Notes: generated by a model from the sequence alone, not told the origin. A DNA stretch of 62,909 nucleotides, filler included, from Octopus bimaculoides (GCF_001194135.2; 5 parts of 5 records of this genome joined end to end with filler, not necessarily neighbours in it), one strand, 5' to 3'; shown: positions 26,172 to 41,810, counted from the whole stretch's first letter. Numbers and translations are program-made.

Positions 26172-28487
26172 CATTTACACATTTTCAACCGATTTCCCTC
26201 AAACTTGACACACCGATAGCTGATGTTCCAAAGGTGGCCTTGACTTACTTTATATGTTCCAGACCACGCGCGTATATCTGAAAACCGTGAGGAACTGTTC
26301 AGAAAACCAGGTTTTGCTCATAATTCCTTTGTCTTTTCGAGCGATTTCCTACAAATTTGACGTGAACGTTACTCAATTTTGTGAAAGTTATCCGCACTAA
26401 TTGTGAAAAATCCACGAATAACTGCGTAAAATCTGTTTCATTTTAATAACTTACGCAGTTTCTAACTGATTTGTTTCGCATTTGGAACAAACATTAATCA
26501 GGCTTTAAGAATTGTTTTAAACTTAAGTTTTTGTCAAATCAACTAGTGTTAAATGAGAAAAGTCTGCGAATAATTGCGTAAAATTCAGTTTCTTGCTAAT
26601 AACGTTCACATTTCCAACACCGATTCGCTCCAAATGTGTAATTTACTTCATTAAACTTGGTGTTTTGCTTAACTTCTGCTGTTTAGTCACGCGCTAAGGA
26701 TTGTGGGACAACTTTACCTCGCTGATTTGATCTGTGTACTTCAGCGTTTACTTAATTTCCCCCATCTCCGATTATCCTCTAGTCATGATGCCCCCTTCCG
26801 CACTTCAGCACAAATTTTCTTTTATTACCCTCCGCTCAAGGTGTGATAACACGGAATGAACTGCGAGTATAACCTTTGACATATGAGCGTGAACACTATC
26901 AATGCGCACCCCAATTTTTGATCTGTGAACATTTGTTTTTACTTAACCCCTGCCTGTTATCACCTACGGTCAGGATGCCCCCCTCCTTCCAATTTAGCAC
27001 ATATTTTCTTTGATTACCCCCCCCCCCGCTCAAGGTTTCATACACCAGGTGTACATTAGTGTACATTAGTGTATACGTAACCTTACCGTTATCTACATAC
27101 GGCCATTATGACCCTTCCCCTACATCAGCCTCTTATTTAGTGTGAAGGACCCCTTTTACCTCGACCTCAGTGTTTACTCATTTCCCCTCCCCTCCCATTA
27201 TCGCCGACGATCATAATGCCCTCTTTGACCAACATTTTCCTCAATGACATGATGTCAATGGCCTGCCAATAAGGTGTGAACTGTGAACATGACATTTGAC
27301 CTATGCGCTCGAACACTACTGATTGTCCACTGTAATGAACCCGTCCAATTAATTCTTTGACTGAATTTCATTGGTGGAACATTGCCCACCTGATCATGCT
27401 AGTGTCAAATCATAAGTATTGATGCGCCTTTGTGCATATCTCATACGTGCTTCGGTTTACAGGTTAGGCTTACAGTTGACGTACATTATTGCTTTAATCT
27501 CATACATCCTGTTGAAATGTTTTGTTGTTTCCATGCTCAATTAAGTAATCTCCTTCATACTGTTGCCGCATACAGGTTTTAGCTTACGTGTGGTCAAAAA
27601 ATATTGTACTCAGTGTATTTGTGTCGACATAACTAACTGTCTTTCACTGCTTCCACCTCTTTTGAATAATACGTTTAAGAGGTTCCTTTATTATACATCG
27701 TACCCAATTTGTTTTTCCGTGTCCCCTAACCGTTTTTTTAAACTTGCAATTTAAACTAAGTCCAATACTAAGAACGCACCTTAGTCGTAAAACAGAGTCT
27801 GCTTCGGCTGCCAAAAGTAGAAGGGCGAGCCAGGTTTCTCTGAAAGCCAGTTATATGTCGGATGTCGGAAGCAAGCGAAACCTATTCGTATATGCCCCTA
27901 ATGGCAAAAAGAAAACTGTAGTCTACACAGAGGTGCTGTAGGCACTTCATGCGCCAACTTCTTTCAAATTCGTAAACATTAGCAACTCCACTACACCAGT
28001 GCAAAATTGCAGACCTGGTATAGGGTAACTGAGTGGTACTGTAGTCATGCTTACAAAATTACTCACTCTCTTCAACCATGTTTCTTTTCTTTGGTTTAAG
28101 CTACGTTTGTCATGTTTTCACAGTTTCACATTTCTCAGCAACAGTTCCGTTGCTTTCGGCGCAAACGAAAAAAAGACTCTTTTCAGGGTCACCACCTGAG
28201 GACGCGTTAGAGCCCTTCTCAGAACTTCTTATGAATTGTTACTGCTGTCAGAACGACAAAGATGTCACTTTCAGGGCTATTTCACCCGTGATTATTACAC
28301 CATATGAGAACGTATTAAAGCCATTCTCAGGACTTCGTATCAAACTGTCACCGTTTGGCTTCAGCGTTACCTGGTGAACAATCATTTTAGAATTTGGTGT
28401 CAACGTTTTCCATGACAGAGGAAATTTCCTGATTAACAAAAACATTGGAGTATTTGAATCCCGAGCAACGTCGAGTACTTCTGCTAG
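26105..28487 (+). mobile_element. Non-autonomous Helitron-derived element (5' boundary uncertain)
   Basis: The 3' end has the hairpin-like CCCGAGCAACGTCGAG followed by TACTTCTG-CTAG|T (CTAG at 28484-28487). A helicase C-terminal remnant lies at ~27830-27941. The start has TATATATAATAA, (GT)n and CATTTTCAACCGATTTCCCTCAAACTTGACAC, as I recall for non-autonomous Helitrons. Internal degenerate repeats at 26700-27320. Confidence 0.6.
27830..27941 (+). pseudogene. Helitron PIF1-like helicase C-terminal remnant
   Basis: SQLYVGC (shifted frame) joins VGSKRNLFVYAPNGKKKTVVYTEVL*, matching the recalled Helitron ending GQLYV.CSRVGS..NL.IYAP.GKTKN.VY.EVL*. Confidence 0.7.
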
Positions 28488-29656
28488 TATATATATATAT
28501 ATNNNNNNNNNNNNNNNNNNNNNNNNNNNNNNNNNNNNNNNNNNNNTTAATTAATTAANNNNNNNNNNNNNNNNNNNNNNNNNNNNNNNNNNNNNNNNNN
28601 NNTTAACGATATTTCTTAACTCTTTTTACTGAGTTCTGTAATTTATCGCTTTTTTATGGAATGAAGAAAAAATTCCACACGCACACACACATACATACAC
28701 ACATACACTCACACAAACATATATCCTTAGCCTCTCAAAGAAGAACTAAGATTATAATTAAAGTGACATAATGCATTATTTATTTATCTAGAATTATAAA
28801 ACTTCTCTCCTCTTCAAATGTCCATAAACTGAGAGATATGTGTATATAAATGATCTTTGCTCTTGTACAGCATATACATTTCAGAATTGCGCAATTCTTG
28901 TATATAAATACATTCTATTATTGTAACTACTTCTTTCGAAGGAAACAAAGTGCATATTTTCCTTTTGTTATATACAACCTGATGCAGTATCATTGAATAG
29001 ATTTACGATATTAATATCTGTGGTGGTTAACCGAAAACGGAGCAAACACCTAAACAGATGTTACTTGATTGCTGCTGAAGACATCTTTCTCTATGTATTA
29101 TTATATGTTATAAACAGTAGGTATAGAAAGAGATACTTCAGCCGTAAGAGAGCATTGCTACGTTAAATCAATCGATATACACCATCTGTCTATTTTATTC
29201 ATAAAACAAAGTTGAATACAAAATAATAAGGGAGTCTTTCTTTTACCAAAAGAAATTAATATTTATAAAAACAGAATTTTATAAATTGATGCCCTTAAAT
29301 CCGTACACTATTTTCTAATGATGGAAACAGTAAAATCTGGTGAAGATTTTGAAAATAAAATACTTTTGGACAAAGAATATGAAAATACTGGTCTACTATC
29401 ATTTCAGATAAAAGAGAGATGGATACTGTATACATGGTTCATGATAATAAACAGCGAGTTTTATTCATTTAAGTTATTTCTAACATTAAATATTAAATTA
29501 TTAAAAGCTATCATACTGACAACGTAGTCAGTACAGACAAGTATGGGCAATTTCCATAGTAATAATCAATTACACTCAAATCGTCATATTTGTCCTTCAG
29601 TGATATGTGAAACTGAGTATCCTTTCAATTCCAGAATTAAAAAAAGTATTAGGAAA

Positions 29657-29691
<35 letters not shown>

Positions 29692-31672
29692 ACACATGTG
29701 TGTGTATGTGTCTGTGTGTCTGTGTGATTGTATGTGTGTGCATGGGTACATGTTTATATACACATACATAGATATATGTCGGTGTGCGTTTGTATGTATT
29801 ATGTATGTATGTATTTATGTATCCCTATCTATCTGTCTAGTTCTCTCTCTCTCTCTCTTATACACACACACACACATGTATATATNNNNNNNNNNNNNNN
29901 NNNNNNNNNNNNNNNNNNNNNNNNNNNNNNNNNNNNNNNNNNNNNNNNNNNNNNNNNNNNNNNNNNNNNNNNNNNNNNNNNNNNNNNNNNNNNNNNNNNN
30001 NNNNNNNNNNNNNNNNNNNNNNNNNNNNNNNNNNNNNNNNNNNNNNNNNNNNNNNNNNNNNNNNNNNNNNNNNNNNNNNNNNNNNNNNNNNNNNNNNNNN
30101 NNNNNNNNNNNNNNNNNNNNNNNNNNNNNNNNNNNNNNNNNNNNNNNNNNNNNNNNNNNNNNNNNNNNNNNNNNNNNNNNNNNNNNNNNNNNNNNNNNNN
30201 NNNNNNNNNNNNNNNNNNNNNNNNNNNNNNNNNNNNNNNNNNNNNNNNNNNNNNNNNNNNNNNNNNNNNNNNNNNNNNNNNNNNNNNNNNNNNNNNNNNN
30301 NNNNNNNNNNNNNNNNNNNNNNNNNNNNNNNNNNNNNNNNNNNNNNNNNNNNNNNNNNNNNNNNNNNNNNNNNNNNNNNNNNNNNNNNNNNNNNNNNNNN
30401 NNNNNNNNNNNNNNNNNNNNNNNNNNNNNNNNNNNNNNNNNNNNNNNNNNNNNNNNNNNNNNNNNNNNNNNNNNNNNNNNNNNNNNNNNNNNNNNNNNNN
30501 NNNNNNNNNNNNNNNNNNNNNNNNNNNNNNNNNNNNNNNNNNNNNNNNNNNNNNNNNNNNNNNNNNNNNNNNNTATATATATATATATTGTGTATGGTTT
30601 TGGATGTGTAAAATCACGGAATACACTATACTTACAATATTGCTATTGAACAGTTAAAAAAGATTTCCTGATGCTTGTAGGAAATGATAAATTTAGTAAT
30701 ATTTTAAAGAATACATTACATAGATTAACTTTCTCATTTATATATCTTTTCGCAATACTACTCTGTTATATATTTCCTGTGCTCCTCCGCCTCTAGAACT
30801 TTTTTCTCACTCCGTGTGTGTAAGGCATTCCATTTCACTGTGCTTTCCACCAACCTTGGTATGTGTACTCATCGTTCCCCCTATATTAATTTACTCTCTG
30901 TATTCCTCTGTTACTCCATCCAGTTTCCCTTCTAAAGCCTAACTACAAAAATAAATTAAAACGCCAATCAATATCTCATATTCCCTTATAGCGATACAGA
31001 TGCATAGATTCCCCCCACATACACACACATTTTACATATATATAGGTATCTCCGATGAATAGAAATCGAGGTCTAGGGCGTAATTCTGTGATATTTATAT
31101 TACGATGTTTTGCTGTAAGTTTAGCATTGTACTTACATACAACATGATATATGTTTTTAATCCTAAGATTTATTGTACTTGAACCCGATTTAATCGCAGA
31201 TATGTCACAAGATATCTCCTATATCTCCTAAAATATATCTACTATATATCTCCTACCATATATCCCCTATATTCAATAACACATGCATACGTATAATATA
31301 AAGATTTCAAAGCATCACATTGACATTATGGATATCGTAGCAATTTTGTCAGTACACGTTACCTAATTTTCTTTTTCGCCTGAGAAAATTCAGTAATGAT
31401 AATCGAATTTAAAATTCTTTTTCTACGATACTTAGATATTTCAAGAATCATATTATAGAAAAGTACATGTTGATAATTCCATTTATTCTTTGTAATAAAA
31501 AATATATTTTGTGAGTTCATTCCATCGTAAAATTTTTTAAAAGATTTCAATTATATAAAATGGAAGATTTTACTTATTGAATTTTTACACACTATAGCTG
31601 ATCTTGCGAATATTATTTCGTAAGTGGTTTTCATTCTAGCTGATATATCAGTTAAGAAAATAATGCACATTA

Positions 31673-31704
<32 letters not shown>

Positions 31705-32644
31705 AATGGTCGAAATAAAATCTAAGCAAAATATGTTGAAAATATATTTTTGTGTTTAATCTCCTCTACCTACAAAATTGAATAACGTCGGACTTTTGAG
31801 AGAATAGTCAAACGTTAAAAAGAGCGTAATAGGGAATGAGATGGACAGGGTGATGATTAAACAGTATTCAAGTATTTGTAAATTGTGTATGATTGTATAA
31901 GTTTGTAAGCTTCCAATATTGTTTATGCAGCTAAGCATATTGTATTACATTTCATTTTCATTGGCTGCAAATTTATTTATGATGAATCTATTAATAACCG
32001 AGAATATTTTGTATTAGAAATAAAATATATATAAGACAGCAACGTAAGAGATATTACAAGAAAAACGAATTTTGTAAGTAGGATGAAGTCAAATGGTACA
32101 GCAAATTTCAAATATATGTCCCTATACATACACATGACTATATATATAGACATACATATATATTCACAGGTGTCGCTATGGTGATAAAATGGATAATTTA
32201 CAAAATTACATCGGGTTATTCCACGGCATATGACTTTGTACAGGTAACTTCTATTGCAATAGACTGTGCAACTATGAGCAAATATCCGGGAAGACTGAAG
32301 TCCGGCATATGTAGATTGTATGTATGTAACGTACATATAATCAGTGTGTATGGATATGAACGCATGTATGCATCTACGCATGTGCATATGTGTGTGTGCA
32401 TGTGTGTAGGCAAATGTGTACGTGTATATTCTTGTGTGTGTATTTCTGTATTTGTTTGTTCTTCACAGTTTGGCAATCAAATATTAGTTTTTCTTTGCTG
32501 CTTTCAATAAAAGGAGGGTGATATTAGTACACGACATAACATTTTGAAGTTGAGATGATGTCATCAACTCAACTCTGAGGGTATAAATTCATGGACCGTC
32601 CAACGACCGCAAGGAATAGATAAAAGGGTAAGCTTATATATATA

Positions 32645-32682
<38 letters not shown>

Positions 32683-33469
32683 TGTGAGTGTATGTGTGTG
32701 TATGTGTGTGTGTGTGAGTGTGTGTATGTGTGTGTATGTGTGTGAGTGTGTGTGTGTATGTGTTTGTGTATGTATGTATTTAGCTCTCTATGTATACACA
32801 CACNNNNNNNNNNNNNNNNNNNNNNNNNNNNNNNNNNNNNNNNNNNNNNNNNNNNNNNNNNNNNNNNNNNNNNNNNNNNNNNNNNNNNNNNNNNNNNNNN
32901 NNNNNNNNNNNNNNNNNNNNNNNNNNNNNNNNNNNNNNNNNNNNNNNNNNNNNNNNNNNNNNNNNNNNNNNNNNNNNNNNNNNNNNNNNNNNNNNNNNNN
33001 NNNNNNNNNNNNNNNNNNNNNNNNNNNNNNNNNNNNNNNNNNNNNNNNNNNNNNNNNNNNNNNNNNNNNNNNNNNNNNNNNNNNNNNNNNNNNNNNNNNN
33101 NNNNNNNNNNNNNNNNNNNNNNNNNNNNNNNNNNNNNNNNNNNNNNNNNNNNNNNNNNNNNNNNNNNNNNNNNNNNNNNNNNNNNNNNNNNNNNNNNNNN
33201 NNNNNNNNNNNNNNNNNNNNNNNNNNNNNNNNNNNNNNNNNNNNNNNNNNNNNNNNNNNNNNNNNNNNNNNNNNNNNNNNNNNNNNNNNNNNNNNNNNNN
33301 NNNNNNNNNNNNNNNNNNNNNNNNNNNNNNNNNNNNNNNNNNNNNNNNNNNNNNNNNNNNNNNNNNNNNNNNNNNNNNNNNNNNNNNNNNNTATATATAT
33401 ATATATATATATTTATTTATTCATATATATACATGTATATATAGATGCCAACTATAATGTTAGTAAACC

Positions 33470-33960
33470 TGTAGTAGAGGATGTGCGGCTGGCAAAGTAG
33501 ACGAGGATACGTTGGCCGAAGAGTGAGAAGAAGGCAAGCTGGAACCAACATAATGAAAACATAAGTAACATGATCAGTTGTATACCGCAGATGATGACTT
33601 CTTGATCAAGACCTGTTACACAACATGTGCTGAACGGTTCAGCTCAAAGGAGCAAGCACAACCGTGTTTGCAAGCCCCACAGAACGACTTGTCGATGTGA
33701 TGCAGTGTTGGTGGGGTGCAGAGGAAATGCTGGATGGTCTATGTGTCAGTCTTTGGGCGCGCTCGGTAGGAGTGGAAAGGAGCGGACAGATGCCGTCAAG
33801 AGATTACATTAAGCTGCAGAAAGAGTATCAGCATGGATTGTGACCACATTGAAGAGAGCAGTCAACGAGACAGTCTGACAGGGAAGTCGCCACACTCCGC
33901 TCAGTCTGGGCCCAGTGTACAGAGCGGTTGTGTTCAAGGGTCGAAACTGATAAAACCACC
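33470..33960 (+). mobile_element. Decayed RLE retrotransposon 3' end, HERO-like
   Basis: AVLVGCRGNAGWSMCQSLGALGRSGKERTDAVKRLH*AAERVSAWIV resembles the HERO C-terminus (PVEVGCRGF.G.SL...LG..G..R..A....EAAE.AS.W.W). Confidence 0.6.
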
Positions 33961-34625
33961 AAAAAGCTGACACTCGTGTTGATTGCTAATTTGGTGAATG
34001 AGGGCCAGCACGGATTCCCTCTAACCCTGTATGCTTTCTCTCTCTCTCTCTATATATATATAGATGTATAAATGTTGAACGTGGGTTCTTCCTTTAATTG
34101 TAGTTTTCCAAAAAAGATTACTAATGTTGATTGTTCATGCTTTCCTGAGAGCTTACAGGCGTAAATTTGCGAAGATATGAAAGTAGTACTTGTGTATAAT
34201 ATATGGAGACTATATGGAATGAAGTTCCATAAATCACATCAATTTTGTTAAAAATGGAGGAGACAAGCTGTTAAAATATATAAGAATGTTAATTCTTGAG
34301 CACGATCGTTTCGTACAGAGGTATAATAATAAAATAATTTCATGACTGAATTACATTAAATTAATGAAACACGAATGTACTCTTCAGTGCTGTAAGGAAA
34401 GAAAACACAATACAAGAAGCTTAAAAAGGAATATTGCAGAAAAAAATTGGATCTAGGAGATTCATATTGGACTCCATGTCAGAAAGAGATGGGACGCATT
34501 GATATTTAACCATAACTAATGGCTTCAACGGTTATTTGGAGATATAAGGAAAGACGTATCGAAGACGTTCCCTCTTATAGATCAGTATAGAAATTAGAAT
34601 TAAAGCTCCATATAAGTAGCGTAGG

Positions 34626-34680
<55 letters not shown>

Positions 34681-36231
34681 TATGTATATGTACATATATT
34701 GATAATCACAATCATATTTCATGTGTTGAGATCATGCGAAACATTGTTTTATAACACGTCTGACATTTCGGCACGTTCATCAGGTACTGATCACATGGCA
34801 TAAGAGACAGAAAATAGAATGAGAGCAGAAAATGAAACCAGTCGAGCAAGAAGTATATAAAAGCAAGGAAAGTTGAGACACCGGAAAACGGAAAAAAAAT
34901 CAGAATGAAATAAAATGGCAGAAAGAGTTGTGTCCCTTAGACCCTAAATTATACAGCTGAAAAAATAGTGACCTAGAGTTTGTGGTAGTTATTAATTCGG
35001 TGGAGGGGGAGGGACTTCCCAATTCTTTTACAGGAACTTAGCTATATGCTTACAACAGCTTAAAATGTTAGACCTAGAGTTCAGTAATGAGTAAGAGATC
35101 TCAGTACGTGGCAAGCCAATTTAGTAGGTTTGCTTTTGTTCCTGTGTCGGAAAGAAGCTATAGTATAGCGATTCTTAAGTACTCCTTACCATAGTCCAAC
35201 ATAGTCCTTTATACAGGCGTATATATATGTATATATATATATGTACATGTATATATATGTATATANNNNNNNNNNNNNNNNNNNNNNNNNNNNNNNNNNN
35301 NNNNNNNNNNNNNNNNNNNNNNNNNNNNNNNNNNNNNNNNNNNNNNNNNNNNNNNNNNNNNNNNNNNNNNNNNNNNNNNNNNNNNNNNNNNNNNNNNNNN
35401 NNNNTATATATATATATATATCACGTTTCTCCTATCCTTCACTCCTCTTTTTCTCCCTACAGCATGAATTTCTTCAAATCTGTATATAAAGACTTTTGTC
35501 TGCTGAACATATGCCAGGACGATTGTCTTGTTCATGACATCTATTGACGCAGAAACATGTGCAAGGATCCTTCTCTTATCTTTAGATAATAGGCCTGTCT
35601 TTTTTTATTTCATGGCATGACAATTCTGGAGATTTTTTCGTTTTATAATTACATCAAATCATCTAGAGTCGGTGAGAGCTTTGACACAAGAAGTTATTTT
35701 GTATAGGATTTCATATAATTGTATTTGTGTTTGTTTTATACACACGCATGCAAACGCATACATACTCTCTCTTTCTTTCTTTCATTCACATACAAGCTCA
35801 CACAAACACACACACACACTGGAGTAATTAGGAAATGTCCTGAAGAAACTATTGTTTTAAATTTATATATTATATCATGAAATCGCAATGTAAAATGTTT
35901 TATGATAAAATATTTCATATTAATTGTTCCGCATATATAATAAGATAATGTTAAAATATATACGCTTTTGTAAAGAATACGTCAACAGCATAATGTCTAT
36001 ACAACGTATGATTTCCTATGGGTAAATTTCTACAAATTATTCTACAGTAAATATTAAAGAAATGACAGGGATGCATAAAGAGAAGAACATACATGTGAAA
36101 TCTGATACGTAATGAACTGAAAGATGGAAATATGTTTTCATTGAATTGTTTGTAGGCAAGGAGAATTTATTGAACATTTTGGGTTGAGATGGCCTTATAT
36201 TTAGTGCTGTTTATTAATTGTGATATCACTT

Positions 36232-36269
<38 letters not shown>

Positions 36270-37076
36270 GTAGTAGTAGTAGTAGGAGTTCCAAATTTTA
36301 GAACAAAGCCAGCAAGTTCGTTGGAGGTGCTAAGTTGAATAAATCGACCGTCAATGGAAAGTTGGGACCGGTGTATTTCTGCGTAAGTTGACTAATTCGA
36401 AGGAAATAATGTTGTAATTAAATAAATATTTGTTCCTAAATATAACTAGGAACTTTTTGATACCACCTCCTACACACATACACACACACACACATACATG
36501 CAAACATATATATATATATATATATCTTTTACAAGAATTTACTCGCATTCGGTACTAAAATGTGTTTATTTGGGAAGTCTGTTGTGTGGTATTATTGTGT
36601 AGCATTCCTGTATCCCTTATAAACTTGAGAAAGCGTAAAACCTAAAAGCGTAAAAGGCTATAAAACCCAACGAACTAGTAAATCAATAGAATAAGGAAGG
36701 TTATTTTACAAAATGCTTCGCCAAATGTACGAAATTGAATCTACCTGTATATTGTATATTACGTCAAGGATTTGTTTCATACAATTTTTTTTATAAAAAG
36801 ATCTCTACGACAATAATTAAATCATAACAATCAGCAAAATTTCTGGAATACAATGCATACTCTTTGATCGTCACTTTCACTTGAGGAAACTCTAGAAATT
36901 TAAATTACGGCTGTACATTTTCCGAGATGCTGGTTCATGTCAAAATCCTCATGCAATAAACTTAGAAGACAGATCAGCAATATAAAAAACGAATTGTGAC
37001 ACCCCGTGATAACAAAATTCTTGTGAAAGTTTTATCTCTATCTTTAATCAAACAAGCAGTAAACATTAGACTAAAG

Positions 37077-37078
<2 letters not shown>

Positions 37079-37146
<68 letters not shown>

Positions 37147-37168
37147 GTCATAATAATCATCATCATCA

Positions 37169-37205
<37 letters not shown>
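37079..37205. repeat. Compound (CAT)n-(TAT)n microsatellite
   Basis: Directly visible; gives the poly-H/poly-Y artefact ORF. Confidence 0.95.
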
Positions 37206-37206
<1 letters not shown>

Positions 37207-37358
37207 GTTCAGTAGTTTTATTTTTATAACGCTTTCACTTCACTATCGAGCGCAGCTCTGTGCGCCTTGGGTATGTGCTGTGGTTTGCTGTGGTGCTCTT
37301 ATGTTTACTGTATTGAAAGTGTTTTGCGTAGAATGTGTGCAGTACCCAGTAGTGCAAT
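37202..37358 (-). mobile_element. R4/Dong-like copy C (3' end; remainder in gap)
   Basis: Reverse complement of the same 3' UTR and IALLGTAHILRKTLSIQ terminus as copies A and B. Abuts (TAT)n. Confidence 0.85.
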
Positions 37359-38695
37359 NNNNNNNNNNNNNNNNNNNNNNNNNNNNNNNNNNNNNNNNNN
37401 NNTTAATTAATTAANNNNNNNNNNNNNNNNNNNNNNNNNNNNNNNNNNNNNNNNNNNNCCCACCCCCCCACATATATATATATACACTATAAACGGTCGT
37501 GCCCCACCGTGGCTGCAACCCACGAACTTTACATAGTTTTAATATATTTTTTATATATTTTATATTGTTTGTTGGCCGGTTTTGCTTTCACTAATCATGA
37601 CATTAAAATTTATTTATATACATATTTTCTTAAGAAAAAAATTTTTTTGTTCATGTTATGATTCGGGGAGATAATTAGTAATCACTATTATTGTGGACAG
37701 GGGTGATAATTGTTCATCTTTCACTGTATGTATGTGTATGGAATTATATATACGCAAAAATTCAAAAATTAGAGTAGTGGGGAGATATATGTACAGTGAT
37801 GGGTACGTAATCGTGAATTAAAAAATGTATAGAAATCAAAGTTGGTTATGTGTGCGTATTTAGACGTGTTCTGTATTTATCGATGAATATATTTTCTTTA
37901 TTTAAACGTTCTTGTATAGAAATTGTCTCTTTGCACTTGTACCTCTGAGAATCTAATTTATGTAATAACCTGACATCACTATATAGAACAGACGGAGAAC
38001 CATTCTACATAAAGAGCAGATCCGGTTCTCGCAATACAGACAGATTCCTTTAAGTGAACACATAGAGAGATATGCAGGTAACATCAAACCAAATTTCACT
38101 GTTTTCCTCTTCTACCAGTGCAAAGATACAATTTCTATACAGGAACATTTAAATAAAGAAAATTTATTCATCGAAAAATGCGCATAACCAGCATTGATCT
38201 CTATAAATATATTAATTCACGATTACAAACCCATCACTGTACATATTTCTCCCCACTACTCTAGTTTTTGAATTTTTGTGTATATATAATTACCCCCCCC
38301 CCNNNNNNNNNNNNNNNNNNNNNNNNNNNNNNNNNNNNNNNNNNNNNNNNNNNNNNNNNNNNNNNNNNNNNNNNNNNNNNNNNNNNNNNNNNNNNNNNNN
38401 NNNNNNNNNNNNNNNNNNNNNNNNNNNNNNNNNNNNNNNNNNNNNNNNNTTCATTTAGATTTTTCTACTTGTTGAATCATTCATTCATAAATTCCACACA
38501 CAACATGGACAAAAAAAATTTTCTTAAAGAAATACGTATTTAAACAAATTCTAATGTCATGATTAGCGGAATCGAAACCGGTCGACAAACACAATATAAG
38601 ATATATTAAAACTATGTAAAGTGTGTACAGTTTCTTTGTTTAATTTTTTATATATATTACAACTCACCACGTAGGGATAATCGAAATTCCTCCCT

Positions 38696-38730
<35 letters not shown>

Positions 38731-38766
38731 GTATATATATCTTCTTATTCTTGTTATTAATATTAA

Positions 38767-39002
38767 GGCTGTGAGCTGGCAGAGTTGTTAGCTTGCCGGT
38801 CAAAATGCTTAGCGGTATTTCGTCCGTCTTTACGATCTGAGTTCAAATTCTGCCGTGGTCGATTTTGCTTTTCATTCTTCCGGGGTCTATGATATAAATA
38901 TCAGTCAAACACTGGAGTTGATATAATCGACTCGTCCCTTCCCCCCAAATTTCAGGCATTGTACCTTTACTAGAAAGGATTATTATTATTATTATTATTA
39001 TT
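38767..39002 (+). mobile_element. 19504-type SINE with an (ATT)n tail
   Basis: GGCTGTGAGCTGGCAGA..GAGTTCAAATTC..TAGAAAGG-(ATT)n. Confidence 0.85.
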
Positions 39003-39720
39003 TACTTTTAATCTGCCTGTTTTAATCTGCAGTAGCGAACTATCTTCATGTAATATAACATTTAAATTGATTGGGTTTTTCTATGGATGTGGGCAGTACT
39101 TATCAGCTCAATATTTTGGATTTCTCTGAGACGTGGTTCTCCTAGGATATTGTCTAGATGTTTCTGACATCCCTTTCTCATGATACCCAGGGCACCCAGA
39201 ATAACAAGAACAGTTCTCGCTTTATGATGCCACATCTTTTGTACTTCAATTTCCAGGTCCTTATGTTTACTTAATTTGTCAAATTCCTTTACAGATATAT
39301 TTGTATTAGTGGGAACACTTACATCTGTTAGTCTTCAACTATTTCTTCTTTGTCTTTAATGACTATGTCTGGTCGATTAGACTGGATCGTTCTGTCGGTG
39401 TTGGCTGGGAAATCCCAGAGGATAGTAACATTTTTACCTTCAACGACTAGCTCAGGATGATGTTCATACCAGTAAGCAAGAGTGCGGATTTTGTAGTGTT
39501 TACATATTTTCCAATGTAATTACTGTCCTACCCTATCATGGCGATTTTTGTATTCGTTTGGTGTCAGCACAGGACATCCCAAGACAAGATGGTCTATTGT
39601 TTCATCAAATTTATCGCAGAATCTGCATTTAGGATCAGAACTGTTTTGAAGAACGTTAGACTGATAGTTTTTGGTAAGTAAGCTTTGATCTTGTGCCGCC
39701 ACTACGAAACCTCCAGTCTC
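39003..39720 (-). mobile_element. R4/Dong-like element, second subfamily (zinc knuckle plus RLE)
   Basis: GFVVAAQDQSLLTKNY..DPKCRFCDKFDETIDHLVLGCP..RHDRVGQ*LHWKICKHY..WYEHHPE..ILWDFP..NRPDIVIKD..DVSVP..DLEIEVQKMW..ILGALG..STAHIHRKTQSI*. Confidence 0.9.
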
Positions 39721-39744
39721 TAATTATTATTATCACTATTATCA

Positions 39745-40597
<853 letters not shown>

Positions 40598-40660
40598 TAA
40601 TATTGTTGTTGTTGTTGTTGTTGTTATTGTTATTGTTAATATTATTATTGTTGTTGCTGT

Positions 40661-40698
<38 letters not shown>

Positions 40699-41365
40699 AT
40701 AGTAGTAGCAAAAGATTTCTTTATAAGCTATTAACTGCTATGAAAATTTCTATTATTTAACAGAAAGTCATTAACCTTTGTGGAAAGAGTCTAGTATGTA
40801 TTTTGTGTGTGTGAGCGCTTTCGATTTTCAACTTTTCAAATACAACGCATAAAGAAGTTTTTGTAAAAGTGTTAAATATTTCCAGTGTAATTCCAGATTT
40901 AGAATGTTTGCCATTTTTATAAAGTATTCCCCTTTTGTCTTTTGTAGTTATCCATTTTCATCCTATATATTTTTTAAAGGAACATATTTCAAATTGTTGA
41001 TTATTTTAAATGCTGACTGTTTCCGGTTTATTTTCGGTTTTGAAATTCTTATAAAGTATTCTTTTTTTTTAACCTTTCCTAGTTTTATCGTTTTCATCTT
41101 TTATTTTGTAAAAGGGGAATATTCTAAATTTTTCATTAGCACAAATGTTTAAATGTTAACAAAATGAAACATTTCTAACATTTTTTATTTATACACATTT
41201 ACATGACTGGTTAGTGTAGTCCTAGTTTCTCCAATTTAATTTACACTGCACTGTGGGCATGTGAAGCAGCAGATGAGATTTTTTTGTTTTGCAGTTGATA
41301 TTTTTATATTAATTTTCAGTTCTTTCTCATTCTTGAACCTTCTGGTTGTTCCTTGCACACATGCA

Positions 41366-41440
<75 letters not shown>

Positions 41441-41810
41441 AAAACAAAAAGGCAAAAGAGAGTCACTTACTGTTATAGTTTCTTCAATGAGAATATTGAC
41501 CAAGGTTACCGTGGTCTTTTCCGTAGGCTTTTCTTTCCACGGCCAAACCTAAACTGTCCTCCCCTCCTTTTACACGAGAACATTACTGTGTGATACACGA
41601 TCCCTATTGATCGCCCTTTTTTTTTTTNNNNNNNNNNNNNNNNNNNNNNNNNNNNNNNNNNNNNNNNNNNNNNNNNNNNNNNNNNNNNNNNNNNNNNNNN
41701 NNNNNNNNNNNNNNNNNNNNNNNNNNNNNNNNNNNNNNNNNNNNNNNNNNNAGCTCTACATTGTATTTGTCCCATCTTCGTTGAGCCCTGTGTGGCTAAT
41801 AAAAGAAATG

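Noticed and set aside
31675-31702. Poly(A) run as a processed pseudogene tail
   Set aside because: No upstream ORF remnant or target duplication found.
34755-34790. Minus-strand CTGATGA-ACGTGCC-GAAATGTC hammerhead-like string
   Set aside because: No usable stem II or stem I. It may be a PLE-end relic but cannot be supported as a ribozyme.
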